Positions 1 through 15,864 of a stretch of DNA of 64,000 bases are shown here, piece after piece. Location of the stretch: NCBI RefSeq assembly GCF_009914755.1, contig NC_060932.1. One strand, written 5' to 3'. Source of the DNA: the human T2T-CHM13v2.0 reference genome, Homo sapiens. Under the pieces are notes generated by a model. It was not told where the DNA came from. It saw only the letters and a program-made list of their open reading frames with translations, and made no database searches. Numbering within the stretch: the stretch's first letter is position 1; the number at the start of each line of letters is the position of its first letter. The position numbers and the translations under genes were made by a program.

Positions 1-263
1 AAAGAAAAGCGAAAGCTCCAATGGCAGGAGCTTTGAGTGACCCTGCAGCCCGTGGAGAACACCAGAGGGCCTAACAAGGGGAAGACAGTCAATGAGGACT
101 GAAAAGAAAGACGTCCCTTCAAAAGAGGCTGTGTAATTCACAATCGCTTGGCTCCCATTTAGCACCGGGCGCTTCCAGAAAATGACGGGGAGGGTGAGAT
201 GGAGAAGATTCTAATTGCACAGGCTGCTGTCTCTTGTGAGGGATTTTTTAAAAGGGGGTATTG

Positions 264-441
264 CCAGTGCCGTGTAGTAACTGGATGCTCCAGGGTGTGG
301 TGAGGAGGCGGGGGAGGCCCTGGTTTGTAATGTTTGCTGATTTCCTTGCCACCAGCATCACTTCACTGAACATGGAGTTGGGAAGAGACCTGCGCAATCG
401 GTTCTTTCTGTTGGCAGGCGCCTCCCCCAGCACACCTCTGG
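264..441 (+). mobile_element. MER63-like hAT DNA transposon relic
   Basis: ccagtg...cacacctctgg termini; internal gccctggtttgtaatgtttgctgatttcc and cactgaacatggagttgggaagaga resemble MER63A; homologous to 23690-23873. Confidence 0.65.
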
Positions 442-1925
442 ATAGTTCCCCGTCTTCAAAGAAGAGCTTCCTGCAATTATACCGTAGTATCTGCAGCAGC
501 ATCACCAAAATGTGGCCATACTGGAATCCCTGAGGCGGAGCAGCTGGACCCGAGGGCTCACTGATTGTGCGGTTGGGAGCGGGCGTCTCGCAGGCTTGCA
601 GAGATCAGCTTTTGTTGCGCCAGGAGCTGATGCTTAATGGCCAAGCCTGCCTAAGGCAGAGCCCAGTTTCCTAAGGAAGCGGGGAGAAGCAGAGGAAGCA
701 GGAGCTAAGAATTTCAGGTGGGGAAAGGGGTTCCTTTTGAATTCAGCTAGGAATCGCTCATAAAGACGAAGAGTTCACAATAAAGGAAATGGAGATGCTG
801 CGGGCCGCCCCGGTACACTGACAAGCCGATTCTTCACAGTTTGCTGCAGCCAGAGGCAGAGGGCAGGCTCTGCACAACCTGACTTGGAGTGGAATGGAAA
901 ATATCCAATTAATCATTCAAATTTGTGTCTAAGGAACCATGATACTCAGTTATGAATTTCAAGCACTTTTAAAAACTGCTTTTGGGAGAGATGTAAAACC
1001 TGTCATTGAAATAAAATTAGCAAATATTTCCCCAAGTAAGTTAAAATGTGTCAGGTAAATAATGGGAAGACAGAAGAGGTTTCTGGGAAATATTTCATTT
1101 GTGTAACTGAAGAAACATTGTAGGAGGTGATGGGGGAACAACACGCACAAAAATGCAGAGCCCGGGTTTGAGGGAAATATCTTTCCCCTTTTTCTTGGCC
1201 CTCATGGAGAGATGCTTGGCTCTGAAATGGAAACTAGCCACTTCGTACAACTCAGTTCCTATGTCCCATTAACGTGCTGAGCACATTAGGTGTGAAAAGC
1301 AAGGAGTGGAAAGACAGCAGAAAACATGGACTGCCGTATTTTCAAGTCCCTTTCTGTCTTGAGAACCCCTGCCCAGGGTGTGTGAGTGCTTTTGGGGTGG
1401 GGGTGAAGGCATGCTAGGAAAATACCATTTTATTTTTAAAAACAAGCAAACAAGATCCTGCCATATAATGTGCTACTAAAAATATTTGCTCCTGGCATTG
1501 ACTGTCAAGCAGTGGCATGCTGCAGCCAGCTTGCGTTGGCTCATAAAAGCCAATGGTACACATCTCTTCTTAACCTGATATTCAGAAATATCACACTGAT
1601 AACTTGAAATTGGCCATAGTGGAAGTATTTACACCATGGTAATTGTGAAATCCTACAAACCAGGTCGTTTGTCCTTGGAGAACTGGTTGTTAAAGATCTA
1701 TCATCACAGAGCTGCTGGCAGGTTATCCTACTGAGAGATCGGATCATAACCATGTATATTAGTCAGCTTGGGCTGCCATAACAAAATGCCACAGTCTGGG
1801 TGGCTGATACAACAGCCATTTATTTCTCATAGTTCTGGAGGCTGAAAGTTCAAGAGTAAGGTGTCAGGGAGTTTGGTGTCTCCTGAGGGGAGGCCTCTTT
1901 CTTTGGCTTGCAGGCAGTTGTCTTC

Positions 1926-2490
1926 TTTTTTTTTTTCTTTTTTTGAGACAGTGTCTCCCTCTGTCACCCAGGCTGGAGTGCAGTGGTGCAATCTTGGCTC
2001 ATTGCAACCTCTGCTTACTGGGTTCAAGCAATTCTTGTACCTTAGCCTCTGAAGTAGTTGGGATTACAGATTGCAGGCACCTGCCACCATGCCTTGCTAA
2101 TTTTTTTTTTTTTTTTTAGATGGAGTCTTGCTCTGTTGGCCAGGCCAGAGTGCAGAGCGATTTTCCTGCCTTAGCCTCCTGAGTAACTGGGATTACAGGC
2201 ACATATCACCATGTCCAGTTAATTTTTATACTTTTAGTAGACAGGGGTTTCACCATGTTGGCCAGGCTGGTCTTGAACTCTGGGCCTCAGGTGATCTGCC
2301 TGTCTCGGCCTCCCAAAGTGCTGGGATTACAGACGTGAGCCACTGTGTCCGGCCTAATTTTTATATTTTTAGTAGAGATGGGGTTTCACCATGTTGGCCA
2401 GGCTGGTCTCAAACTCCTGACCTTAGGTGATCTGTCCACCTCAGCCTCCCAAAATGCTAGGATTGCAGGCATGAGCCACTGTGCCCAGCC
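1926..2490 (-). mobile_element. Alu with a second Alu (about 2101-2354) inserted in its middle linker
   Basis: Outer right arm, new poly-T, internally deleted Alu, then repeated taattttt and the outer left arm; outer TSD gttgtcttct. Confidence 0.85.
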
Positions 2491-2566
2491 ATGGTTGTCT
2501 TCTTGATGTGTCCTGGTGTGGCCTTTCTCTGTGTGCACACATCCCTGGCGTCTCCTCCTCTTCTTC

Positions 2567-2895
<329 letters not shown>

Positions 2896-3702
2896 TAGGG
2901 CCCTACTCTTATGACCTCATTTAACCTTAATACCTCTTTAAAAGTCTCATCTCCAAATACAGTTATGTTGGGGGTTAGGACTTCAACACATTGATTTTGA
3001 GGTGACATAATTTAGTCCACAACACTATGTGACAGGCACTTGGGGAAGATGCATTTTATTTTCAGGGAAGTGGTATTTCAACTCTGAAGGGAGAGAATTT
3101 CAAGGCATTTCAAGCCCTCTAGCATGGTGGAGCAGGAAGGGGGAGACTTCTGTGAAGTAAAGGAGTGTTCTTGCTGGCAGTGGTACTGTTAGCCACGTAG
3201 CTGTTAGGCAACAGTCGTCTGCTCCCAGGGAACCCTGGAAACCCCTGATGCTAGATCCTGACTCTGGCAGGGAGAAAGGCAGTGGCCATCAGACTTGTTC
3301 CCAAAGATAGAACCATGAGGAAACACATACTCTGAAATTTTCCATTTAAGTATGAGTAAATAGATTAGTAAAGACCCGCTGAGCACCATAATGATAGCAA
3401 TGACCTTTCACAGTAGTAAGGAGTGAGCATGCGGCAGGGTTGCAATCAGAATGAAGCTCAGGACTCTGACAGTTGTGGAGTGGACAGTCTCTCATCAGCT
3501 GTAACTCAGGAAGCATGTAGCCTTGGTTGTTGCTATCAGCTCTCTATGAGCAGGAGGGAAGCAAGCCTGAAAAGGAATCCAACAGAGGAGGGTAGAGAAA
3601 TGAGCTAGAGTCTCAATCAAATAATGCCTGCCTCCCTGATATACAGACAAGTGGATTTTGTATGTTAATTATGTAAGTCAATATGTTCCTTTTATTGTCT
3701 AG

Positions 3703-4164
<462 letters not shown>

Positions 4165-4574
4165 ATATCACTCATTCTTTATCCTGCCCATCTATCAGCT
4201 CACACATCAGCATGAATAGAGAAGTAGGACTGAGTGCAAGCACCGACCTAGGTCCTACCTAGGACAGGGATTGTCAGGCCCCTTGCACTGTCTTCTTGAA
4301 GGTACTAGCAGTAGGAGAATCCTTGGAAACCTCCAAAAGGGTACGTTCTAGCTCAGAGTCAGGAGAGGCAGGAGGGAAGCTGGTCCCATTCTTTGCAGAG
4401 CTTTGACAACTCCAGCCAGGAGGGAACTGATGGGACAGGAGGAGGGACGGGTGCCTGGCAGAGCCCTCAGGAGCACAGGCCTTCCTTTCTGATCCTGATG
4501 GATCCCACTGCCTGCCCTAGCTCTGCGTCACCCCTCTTCGCTTCTCCCCATCAGCACAGTCTCTGGCCTGTTCC

Positions 4575-4890
4575 CCATCAATCCATTCATCCATCCTCAT
4601 TGAGCCACAGACACTATGCTGGGTACTATGGATATGGATGTGCGGAGCAGGTCTAGGAAATGGCCAGGAGTGAGTCAGACATGTAAGTAAATCATTACAA
4701 CTATGATGCCTGCCATGAGACAAAGGCCCAGGCACTTAGGGGCACATTACGGGTGAACAGAAGAGGCTGACCCCAGGGAAGTGGTATTCAAGTTGAGATC
4801 TGAATGGTGAGTAGGGTTAGCTGAGTGGAGAAGGTTCAAAGTGTGGAGGATGGCAGAGAAACAGCTTTGCCAAGGCACTGAGGTGGAAAG
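4575..4890 (-). mobile_element. L2 fragment
   Basis: catccattcatcc...ttgagatctgaatggtgagtagg...ccaaggcactgagg resembles an antisense L2 3' end. Confidence 0.5.
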
Positions 4891-4925
4891 GGCGAGGTGT
4901 GTCCTACCTCTGCCATCAGTACTCA

Positions 4926-5330
<405 letters not shown>

Positions 5331-6596
5331 CTACCTAGATGCCAGCCTGGTAGCTGGCAGGAGTTGGTGGGGAGAGAGAGAATGATCTGCAGAGGAGAGG
5401 GTAAGAGAATTGGATGGAAAGGCCCCATCCACTACCACAGCCCCTCCTGCCCTGGTCACGACCATGAGAAATCCACGGGAAAGCCAGGGGAGGCTCGTGC
5501 AGGCTCTGGACATGCTCCTTCCTCCTTCCCTGCCTCTGATGGTGCAGGGGGACAGAACTTTGAGAAACATCAGGAAAACACACTCCAGTTTTATTTATAT
5601 GAGATCAACATGTGTTTGCAAGACTAAGGGTAAATGAAATTTTAACAGAGAAAGACAAACTCAGGCATTAGTAGTGGTCTGACTGTACCCCTGAAGGAGT
5701 AACTTGAACAGTATTGAACACCTTTCTTTGGGTGGTGTCCACCATGGTCAAGCCCTGCAGCCTTCTGCTGGCCTCCCCAGTTGTTTCTGGGAGCTCTGTG
5801 GGATGTCTCTAGAAGCTTACAACAGCCCTCGCCAGCCCTGCTAGGAGTCCATCACTTTGCCCATCTCCTCCTCTGGCTTGCTTCGTGGAGGTTCCTGGTC
5901 CTCTAGCCTAGAAGTCATCCATGGATTTCTGGCCACATTCCCAGGGCAGTTCCAAGGTCTCTGACATCATTGCCAAGGGTGCCATCTCCTGGGGCTTCCA
6001 GCAGGGGTGCTGCCTCTAGCAGCTTCTGCAGAGCAGCAGTGTTCCTGAATGCCTCTGTTAGCACAACTGGGACCTCTCCCAGGTCGGCTCTGGGAAACCG
6101 GGGCCACTGTTAATGTGCCAGAGCTTTGCTCTGTTCTCTGGAGCCTCCAAAGCACCAAAGCCATCCCATGTTTCACGTCAACGTGGGAAGACTGCTTACC
6201 TCCTCATTGTGTGTGATTCAGCAATTAGCTGGGGCACCTCTGGCCCTGGCAACTGATAAGCTAGGCCCCACTGCGGGATCTCAAGGCAGTCGCTGAGATC
6301 TCTAGAGGAGACTGGCATCTCACAGTCACCTCTCAGCCTGAGCTGCTGGTCACATTTAGCTCTGCTCATGGCCCCTCCCCATCTCCCGCATGCAATCTTC
6401 TGTTCCATACCAGCTTGATGCCACCATGAACCTTAGCTCAGGCTTTGATTTTTCTTGGAAAAAACTCCACTTATATAAGTGGTCTGTGAAATATGCTAGG
6501 TGTTACTGAACATTTAGGAGCCAGACCTAACAAAATACCTAAATGGATCACAACTTGGCTGAAGACAGGATCCTACTACATATGATTTTTTTCCAT

Positions 6597-7406
6597 TTCT
6601 TTTCTTTTTTTGAGACAAAGTCTCAAAAAAGTCACTATGTTGCCCAGACTGGTGGCTGGTCTGGACCTCTTGGGCTCAGGTGATCCTCCCACCTCACCCT
6701 TCCAAGTAGCTGGGACTACAGGTGTGCACCGCTGTACTCCAGGTACATACAGTTCCTCTTCTTGTTCTTTCTTCCTCCTCTCTCTCCCCCTCCTCCTCTC
6801 CCTCCTCCCCCTCCTCCTCCCACACCCACCTCCTCCCCCTCCTCCCCCTCCCCCTTCTCTTCCCCCTCTCCCTCCTCCTCCCCCTACTCCTCCCCTCCTC
6901 CTCCCCCTCCTTCTTCTTCTTCATCGTCATCATTGTCATTGTCATCATCTTGTTCTGTCACCCAGGCTAAAGTGAAGAGGCATGACCACAGTTCACTGTA
7001 ACCTCCACCTCAAGGCCTCAGGTGATCTTCCCACTTCAGCCTCTCAAGTATCTGGGACTACAGGCGTGTGCTACCACATCCAGCTAATTTTTAAATTTTT
7101 TGTAGAGGCAGAGGTCTTCCTATGTTGCCCAGGCTGCTCTCCAACTCTTGGGCTCAAGTGATCTCCCTGCCTCGGCCTCCCAAAGTGCTGGGATCACAAG
7201 CGTGAGCCACTATGCCTGGCCCAGTTTTGAAATTTCACTTATAACCGGGAAACTTCTCTCCTCCTTTTTTCTTTATTTTTATTTTTAATAGAGATGGGGT
7301 TTTGCCATGTTTCCCAGGCTGGTTTTGAACTCCTGAGCTCAAGTGATCCGCCTGGCTTGGCCTCCCAAAGGGCTGGGATTAGAGGCGTGAGCCACTGCAC
7401 CTGGCC
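6597..7406 (-). mobile_element. Cluster: Alu monomer (6597-6742), AluJ-like dimer (6951-7221), Alu monomer (7264-7406)
   Basis: Antisense Alu motifs gtagctgggactacagg and cccaaagtgctgggat. Confidence 0.85.
6755..6950. repeat. (CCT/CT)n polypyrimidine low-complexity tract
   Basis: About 150 nt almost purely C/T, grading into (TCA/TTG)n. Confidence 0.92.
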
Positions 7407-8001
7407 CCTCCTTCTTTCTTTTACACGCTCACATGTGTATGCACACACATTATTCACAACTGGATTTTGAGCTCTTAATTTCAACTTCCTTCTCTTTTCA
7501 GATCCACAGTTGCTATTGACCTTTGAGGTATTTACTATAAGAATGAATGGAATAATAAATTAGTGAATGGTTAAAACAGGAGCACCCTCATTGGAGAGCA
7601 GGTCCCAGAAGCTGTGAAGAACCCAGGGCTCCATAGTTACAGAGGGTGGTCCACAACGGCAGCCTTGCTTTCTGCATTCAAGAGCCCTCGGCCCATGTCC
7701 CCCATTGCCAGGTTCCTGGAAGAGAGGACTTGGTTGATCCAGCTGTTATTGGGTTCTCTCTTGGTGCAGAAACTTGCACCCGGTGGGGGGCAGGTCATGT
7801 TTTAGAAGGATTCCTGTCAGAGCTCCTCCCAACCCCTTCCCCATGGGTAGGGGTTCAGTTTTTAAAGAAGGGAATTGCTGGATGGACAGATTTCCCAAAA
7901 GCTCTTTAACAAAGTTCTGCAATGTGAGACTGAATTGCTTTAGGAAAAGCAAAGTGATTGTGGCTTTGAGGCACTGTGCAGCTAGAACTCTGAATTAAAG
8001 C

Positions 8002-8442
8002 CGTGAGTCTCAACATGTGATCCCCAAAACCCTTTCAGGGGTCTGAGAGGTCCTTCCTTCATCAATTGCACATCTGTGTAAGGCTGGATTTTCTTCTGTA
8101 TTTAAACCAAAAAAAATATTGCAACAGATTGAAGGCAGAAGATATTTCAGCTGCCCTCTGTGAAACCAGACATTAGAAAATGTAAAAATGTAAAACAATG
8201 CCCCCGTTCTCAGTTTTTTTTGAAAACACGATTCCCATAAAAAGATATTATTTGTGCTAACATGTAATGGGTTCACTGTCACTGATTTTTAAATGAATAC
8301 ATATTTTGTATATTTCTCAGTTTTAATTCCTAATATGGTCCATATCGATAGATAAAACCTACATAACAAAAAGCTCTTTGGGATCCTCGATAGTTGTTAA
8401 GGATGTCAAGTGGTCCTGACACCAAGAAGTTTGAGATACTAA
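8002..8442 (+). mobile_element. Internally deleted Charlie1-like hAT transposon
   Basis: 5' accctttcaggggtctgagaggtc; 3' aaaagctctttgggatcctc...ggtcctgacaccaagaagtttgaga resemble Charlie1 termini. Confidence 0.65.
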
Positions 8443-9328
8443 ATGAGAAGAAGACAGGTTTCACGCTCCCCTGTCTGTCTTCTTTTCTGTCCCCTCCTCC
8501 TCCTCGGGCCATCCAGTCCCGCTATTCATAGAGACCCTGGGTCTTGTCCTCTCTCCAGCTTTTAGCACCAGGAGCCCCACCTTGTTCTTCCCCTGCTGGG
8601 CTCCTGCGGGGAGTTGAGAAGGAGTCAGTGATCAGAATGTACTTCAGCTCCTGGGAGCTTTACCTAGAAAGCTGAGTCAGACAGAACAGTAGGTAAAAAG
8701 AGGGCTTTGGACTCCATGTTCTCTGCTTAAAAGCAACCCCAGCTGGAGGTAGAAAATTTGGGTAGAAAATCCATTCCCCATGCAGAGAACCCCTGGCAGA
8801 ATGGCTCTCCGCTGTGAGGATGTTTTGTTCTGAAATTTTGGTATGCATTGACAAAGACAGTAGATGCTCCTCTACAAAATAAGCATCCACGCCATGCAAG
8901 GGAAAGTATTCTTGGCGAGAAATGTTCCTTTGGGAGAGAGGAAAACTTCTACTACCAAGAGGAGAGAGGAGCTGTGAATCACTTGCAGGGGCAGGTAGGA
9001 AGCAGCCCCACCCATCACAGGGTGGCTGCAGGCGGGACACAGGGGTGTCATGGAGCAGAAAAGCACTTTACTCCATCTGAACAAAAATGTGCAGCAAGTC
9101 CAGCTCTAGGTGTGCAGATAATGATCAAAGCACGGAACCTGAAATCCTAATGTTTGAGTTCAATTTCTCCTTCATCTTTAAGGGGTAAAGTCAAGTGAAA
9201 TTTTCTTCTCAAGGATCATTACTCTTCCAAGACAAAGCGCTGACTGCCCATGTGGAGCCCTGGCTCTGCCACTTCCTGTGTGAATGTTCTGCCTCAATGT
9301 TCTTGTCTATAAAATGGGGATCATAACT

Positions 9329-9656
<328 letters not shown>

Positions 9657-10046
9657 TCATTGTGAGGATTAGCCTGGCACAGACTCAAGCACTCATTAAA
9701 TGTAAATATCATTATTAGTCAAGTAAGCATCTATTAAGAGATAGGCAGTTGTGGTGGTTGTAGTGGTAGGAATATAATATTTTTTAAACTCCCTCAAGTT
9801 AATCAGGCCACCAGCTGTGACAGAAGCAAGCCCTTCTGTTCCTAGGTAAACATGAAAATGTGCTTTTATGTTTGAATGACTCCAGTGTGAAGTTGAAAAA
9901 AAAATTTGGAGTCTCTGTTCTCATCAAGAACAATATAGACAGCCGCTAATGATTTTTCTTGGAGAATTCATGAGACTGAAAGCAAGGAGGGGGAAACACA
10001 CAAGTGCAGGTGAGAGGGTAAGAAAGAGAAGAAACTATAGTTGTCA

Positions 10047-10325
<279 letters not shown>

Positions 10326-10332
10326 TCAAATC

Positions 10333-10689
<357 letters not shown>

Positions 10690-12051
10690 TAAAATTCACA
10701 TGATTCTTTCTCAATATCTGAATGATCTGCTGCAAGCAAAAGGAAAGCACACTCTGAACTGCTCTAGAGCTTTTAGACCCCACCAGGAGAAAGCAGCCTT
10801 TCCTCTGTAGTAACTTGGACCCTCAGGTTCACTTCTGTTGGGTGCAGCTGTAAGAGAATATACGAACACCCTCCTCCTCCTTATCCCTCACTGTATTTAG
10901 CAGGAAGATATTTGCTAAAGACCTTGTGGGCTGGGGAGAAAAGGGGGAGAAAAAATTACGCTAATCAGTATGGTTAGTCATAGGCGTATTGGCTATCCAC
11001 ACCAATAAGAGGGCATCTCAACCCATACACAAGCCCTAATTTCTTCCATACTTATCTGCCCGGGGTGCTATAGCAGAGATTTTCTACTTGAGTAGGAAGC
11101 TCTCTGGATGACTTGGGTTTTCCAAAGCTAAAGTTCTGAGATTCTGGCAGCAGTGAAGCCTCTCTGGCTCCAGGGACAGTGTTCATGTAGGGGTCTTCCT
11201 GGGGATTTTCAGCCATTTTCCCTAGTGTGGGTCACTGTCATTGATCCATACCCACAGGGCCTTCAGGATGGCTGCTGCCCTGATGCAGCTGGATCTGGGT
11301 TAAGAGGGAGGAGCTGGACTTGCTTGGGACAATGTCCACTGGAGCCACAGCTGACTTGCAAGGTCAGCCTGGAATGGCCATCTGTGGGTAGATCCAGGGC
11401 ACAAGCTGTCATCTCAGTTGGGTTCTTTAAATACGAGAAACAGAAACTGACTGGGTAACTGACTGGGAGCTTATTGGAAAGATGTGCAGGAGCTCTCAGG
11501 CCCAAAGAGAAGCCAGGGACCAACTTGAAAATTATGGAACAGGGCAGTAACTAAGGTGTAGTCTCCTAGGGTGCACTGTCAGAATGAATCAGCTCCAACT
11601 GTCTTCAGGCTTTATGTCTCTCTGCTAAAGATCAAATTCCCAGAAGACAGTCAGATCAGCCAGCTTTGGTTTCATGCCTGCCCTTTGGCTAGGCAACTTA
11701 CTGGCAGCACTTAATGGTGGAGGGTGGGAGTGGGGAGCGGAGAAAGTTATTTTACCAAAAGAAGATGCCATGGATGATGGACAGACCAAATTCCAGATGT
11801 CCATTCCAGGGAGACTTCCCCAATGGCCTGCTTAGGGGGATGGCAGGGGCCAAAGGTGGGCTTAGCGATTCAGTACACAGCTGATTTCTTGAGAGTACAA
11901 TATCAGAAAGTGTTTCATTATAAAACTGGTGATATCCTCATAGAAGAAATTTGGAAATCACAGAAAAGTCTAGAAAAAATAATTTTAAAAGCCATCTATG
12001 ATTCTACTAGCCAGAGTTAACCACAGCTAATTTTTCAGGGTGTTTCTCTCC

Positions 12052-12357
12052 TTTTTTTTTTTTTTTTTTTTTGTGACAGGGTCTCACCCTATTGCCCAGG
12101 CTGGAGTGCAGAGGTGCAATCATAACTCAATGTAGCCTAGAGCCTCTGGGCTCAAATGATCCTCCCTCCTCATTTTCCTGAGTAGCTGGGACCATAGGCA
12201 TGTGCCACCATACCTGGCTAATTTTTAAATATTTTTGTAGAAGATGGGGTCTCACTATGTTGCCCAAGCTGGTCCCAAACTCCTGGCCTCAAGTGATTCT
12301 CCCCACCTCGGTCTCCCAAAGTGCTGGAATTACAGGTGTGAGCCACCACACCTAGCC
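12052..12357 (-). mobile_element. Alu (J-like)
   Basis: Diverged full dimer with poly-T. Confidence 0.92.
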
Positions 12358-12832
12358 TATGGATTCTTTTTTACAGAGTTCAGGTCACACTGTGTGTATA
12401 CTTTCATATTTGATGTTTAAGCACTGTGTACTGACCTAACAACTGTTAGAAAAGTGTCTTTGTAACATTGGTCTGGTGACGAGACTTGAGCTGTAGCTGT
12501 GCTACCTGCTGGAAGAGGCAGAGGGGACCTTCTTTGGCTCATGATTTCACCAACATTGGGGACCAAGCAAGTGTTGCCCAACTTGGGAAAGTGTCAAGAC
12601 CTGCCTTCCATCCAGAGGAGGTTCTATCCGGACACCAGCCAAGGTGAATGAGAGATTCCATGGACATAGTCCTGCATACGGAAGGTCCTAGTTCCATATT
12701 AGAATCCATATTAAAATCCTTCTGATATGAATAGATCACATTTCCATCTCATCATTAAAGAAGACACTACCTTTATTTAGTCACTTAAAATGATAAGAAT
12801 ATACTTCATGATGAAGAGTAAAATCACTAGGA

Positions 12833-13126
12833 AGGGACAGGAGTGGTGACTCATGCCTGTAATCCCAGCACTTTGGGAGGCCAAGGTGAGCAGATGGCTT
12901 GAGCCCAGGAGTTTGAGACCAGGCTGGGCAACATGGTGAGACCCCATTTCTACAAAAAATACAAAAGTTAGGCAGGCATGGTAGTGCATGGCTATAGCCC
13001 CAGCTACTGGGGAGGCTGAGGTGGGAGGCTCACCTGAGCTCAGGAGGTCAAGGCTGCAGAGAGCACATGCCACTGTGCTCCAGCCTGGGTGACAGAGTAA
13101 GACCCTGTCTCAAAATAAAAAAAGAA
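12833..13126 (+). mobile_element. Alu (J-like)
   Basis: TSD aaaatcactaggaagg. Confidence 0.92.
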
Positions 13127-13719
13127 AAATCACTAGGAAGGTGGGATAATGGGAGAATCCTAGTTGAAATATAGCTATACCCATCTTAATAATGTACCAT
13201 GTATACACAGATGTGTGTATTTAGGCACCTGAACTTGTGTATATAATAATATTAAACTGAGAGCTTGCCTGCTTCAATCTTTGCTGACATTTGCTAAGGG
13301 ATAGAATTCAAGGTGATATAAGAATTCTCTGTCACCTGGAGCTAGAGAAATCTGTACAACTCCTGCAATTAACTCTCAGGAAAGAGTAGGCCATATTTCT
13401 ATTAATAGGGTCCACCCCTCAGAATCAAATCACAGTGGAATCACTTTTAAAGAGGTCAGAATTTGTCCATAGAGGAGAATCATTCAGCTTTGCTTTTTGA
13501 CTCATTCCACGTGACTCAAGGGGCCAGCCTCTCATTCTAATGCCTCTAGGGACACTTGTTTGCTAAGACACATTATCTGCACAGAAAAGGGCCTCCTAAG
13601 TCAAGGCTGGGGAACATCGAGCCATTGGGAATGCCATGCTTGGTCTAGTGACTCCCAAGGGACTCCAGCTGAGGGGGCTGTCGCCCTCTGTTACTCCTTC
13701 TATGAGCCTTTCATGGACT

Positions 13720-15000
13720 CCTTCACTCTCCTCATTTCTACTTATTTTTCCCTGGGAGTCGGCTTCAGCTCTCTTTTTAAATTCTGAATTATCTTGCCTG
13801 TTTCCAGGGTTCCAACTACCTATGGAATTGTGGCTTCCTAATTTATATCTCTAGCCCAGGCTTTCCTCAAATTCCAGACCCTCTTATCCACAGAATACTC
13901 CAGATTTCTACCTTAAAGTTGTCACCAGCACCACCTGTTCACCAAATCCCCAAACTTACTCTTCTCCCTGTGTTATTTTTATCTCAGTGGCACCAAGAGT
14001 CTGCCAAGCTTGAAAGCTGGAAGTCACCACTGATTCCTCCCTCACTCCATCCTCACTCTGTTCACTAAATCCTGTTGAATTCACCCAGATGGTCATTCAG
14101 TGAGTACATTTCAAGCACCTGCTATGTGCCAGGCATTGTGTTAGGTATCTACTGCGAAGCAAAAATAGACAAGGTCCTTGCCCTCGTGGCTTACAGTCCA
14201 GCTGGGGAAACAATATCATGAAGGAAATGTATCCTAAGTTAAGAGAGTGTTTAGTCTGGGAGACAGAGAAGGCTTCCCCAAGAAAGGGGGAGATCTAAAG
14301 GGTGCCTTAAGAATTAAATGGATGAAAGTCATAGGTGGGGAGTTCAATTTCTAAGCAGGCAGAACGTCCTGTGTATGAGCTCTGAATGAGGTGGAAGGAA
14401 TGAGGAATGTCCTTCAAGGGACTAAGGAACGGCCTCTGGAAAGTGAGTGGTCTTCCAGGAAGGCCATCGTGGCTGAGGGGTAATGAATTGCAATAATACT
14501 AGGATGGGAGAGGAGAGTGGGGAAGTGGGAGAGGCCCCATTGCTCAGCACCTGGTAAAGATTTTGGTCCTTTTTTTGAGAGGACAGAGAAGACTTTTAAG
14601 GTGAGTGGGATGATGGGTGGGGAAGGTTGAGGAATGACAGATTTCTATATGAAAGTCGCTGTGGCTACAATGTGGAAAATGGATTAGATGGGGCCTGGGC
14701 AGAGGTGGGGGAAGGCTTTCCCATTGGCTTCCTCCTTGCCATCCCCATAGCCATGATCCCCAGTCCAGATTTTTGTTGTCTCTTCTTGTCTTGCAGCAGA
14801 AAACCCCACTACAATTGTCCCTAGCAACTTACCTTCAGTGTGGCTGTCTCACTTCTGACAAAAGAAAAGAAAATCAACAATCCTTCGTTGGGCTCAAAAT
14901 AAAGTTCAGAGTCCTTAGTCTGGCTACAGGTCCCTTCAAACCTGGCCCTTGTCTCCCTCACCAGTGTCACATCCAACCACTTGTCATCAATACCTGAGCT
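13720..15000. mobile_element. L2 fragments in both orientations
   Basis: atttatatctctagcccag (sense-like); cattcagtgagtacatttcaagcacctgctatgtgccaggcattgtg (antisense-like). Confidence 0.55.
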
Positions 15001-15864
15001 CTAGTTCATACAAGGGAGACTCGAGAGCTGGACCGCAGTTTGAGGTGAAAGGACCAGAGGAGTAGAGGCACCGAGAGCCAAATCTGAGGCCGAATCAGAG
15101 GTCTAGGATGTTAACTGAACAGAAAGTAAAGGAAACTGGCCGAAGCGGGGGTTTCAGGCAGTTGGCTTCCAGCATCTTCAGGCGGTTGGCTACAAGAACA
15201 TCAAAGACCAACATTTGGGAAGCACTCAGGGACAAGGCATCCGGAGGCTTGGATGCAAGACCAAAGGTGTAGTTGATGGGAGGTAGTTCCCCAGGACAGG
15301 CCCCCGAGGACTGACAGATGGGAGCTTAAGGACAGGACCCCCAACCAGTAGAGAAATGAGGTTCCCGAACAGCCATGACCACAGCTGGCGCAGAATGGGC
15401 AGGACTCAGAGACTTGTAACTCAGAAGGTCAAGGACAATGGCTGACTTGAGGATGACTTGGTAGGAGGAGAATGATGAGAACATTCTTTATATTCTACCT
15501 GTCTGGAGACAGAATGAATTCTAGAACAAAAGGAGCAAGGCCAAGCTTCCAATCAAGGCTAGAGCTAGAAGGTCATGGAGAAAGGCGTGGGCAGCTCCTG
15601 CCTTCGCCTGCACCAAGTTCAACAAACACACAGTCATAGCCATGGCTGGTCCCCAGAGCACACACAAGGCAAGGATGTTAGTGGCCAGCCCCATGCACCC
15701 CGATGAGCTATGCTCGCTTGGGAGACCCATCCTCCTTGAAGGTGAGTGAAATCTCAACACGAGTATGGTTCTGAGAGTAGCTCTGTAACTCTGAGGATGG
15801 TCTCTGGAGACCATGACTGTGTACAGTTCACATGGTAACCAGAAGACTATGACATACTTCAGAA

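Noticed and set aside
248-533. Overlapping 86- and 90-aa ORFs on opposite strands
   Set aside because: They largely overlap a MER63-like relic, show no recognisable homology and have no clear exon context.
1858-1885. 28-nt exact match to about 44957-44984
   Set aside because: Both lie at the same position in MLT1A-like LTRs, so shared ancestry explains it.
4245-4266. Overlapping short palindromes gacctaggtc / gtcctacctaggac
   Set aside because: Arms of 5-6 bp are expected by chance in 64 kb.
6610-7001. Pro/Ser/Glu-rich ORFs
   Set aside because: Translations of the CCT low-complexity tract and flanking Alus.
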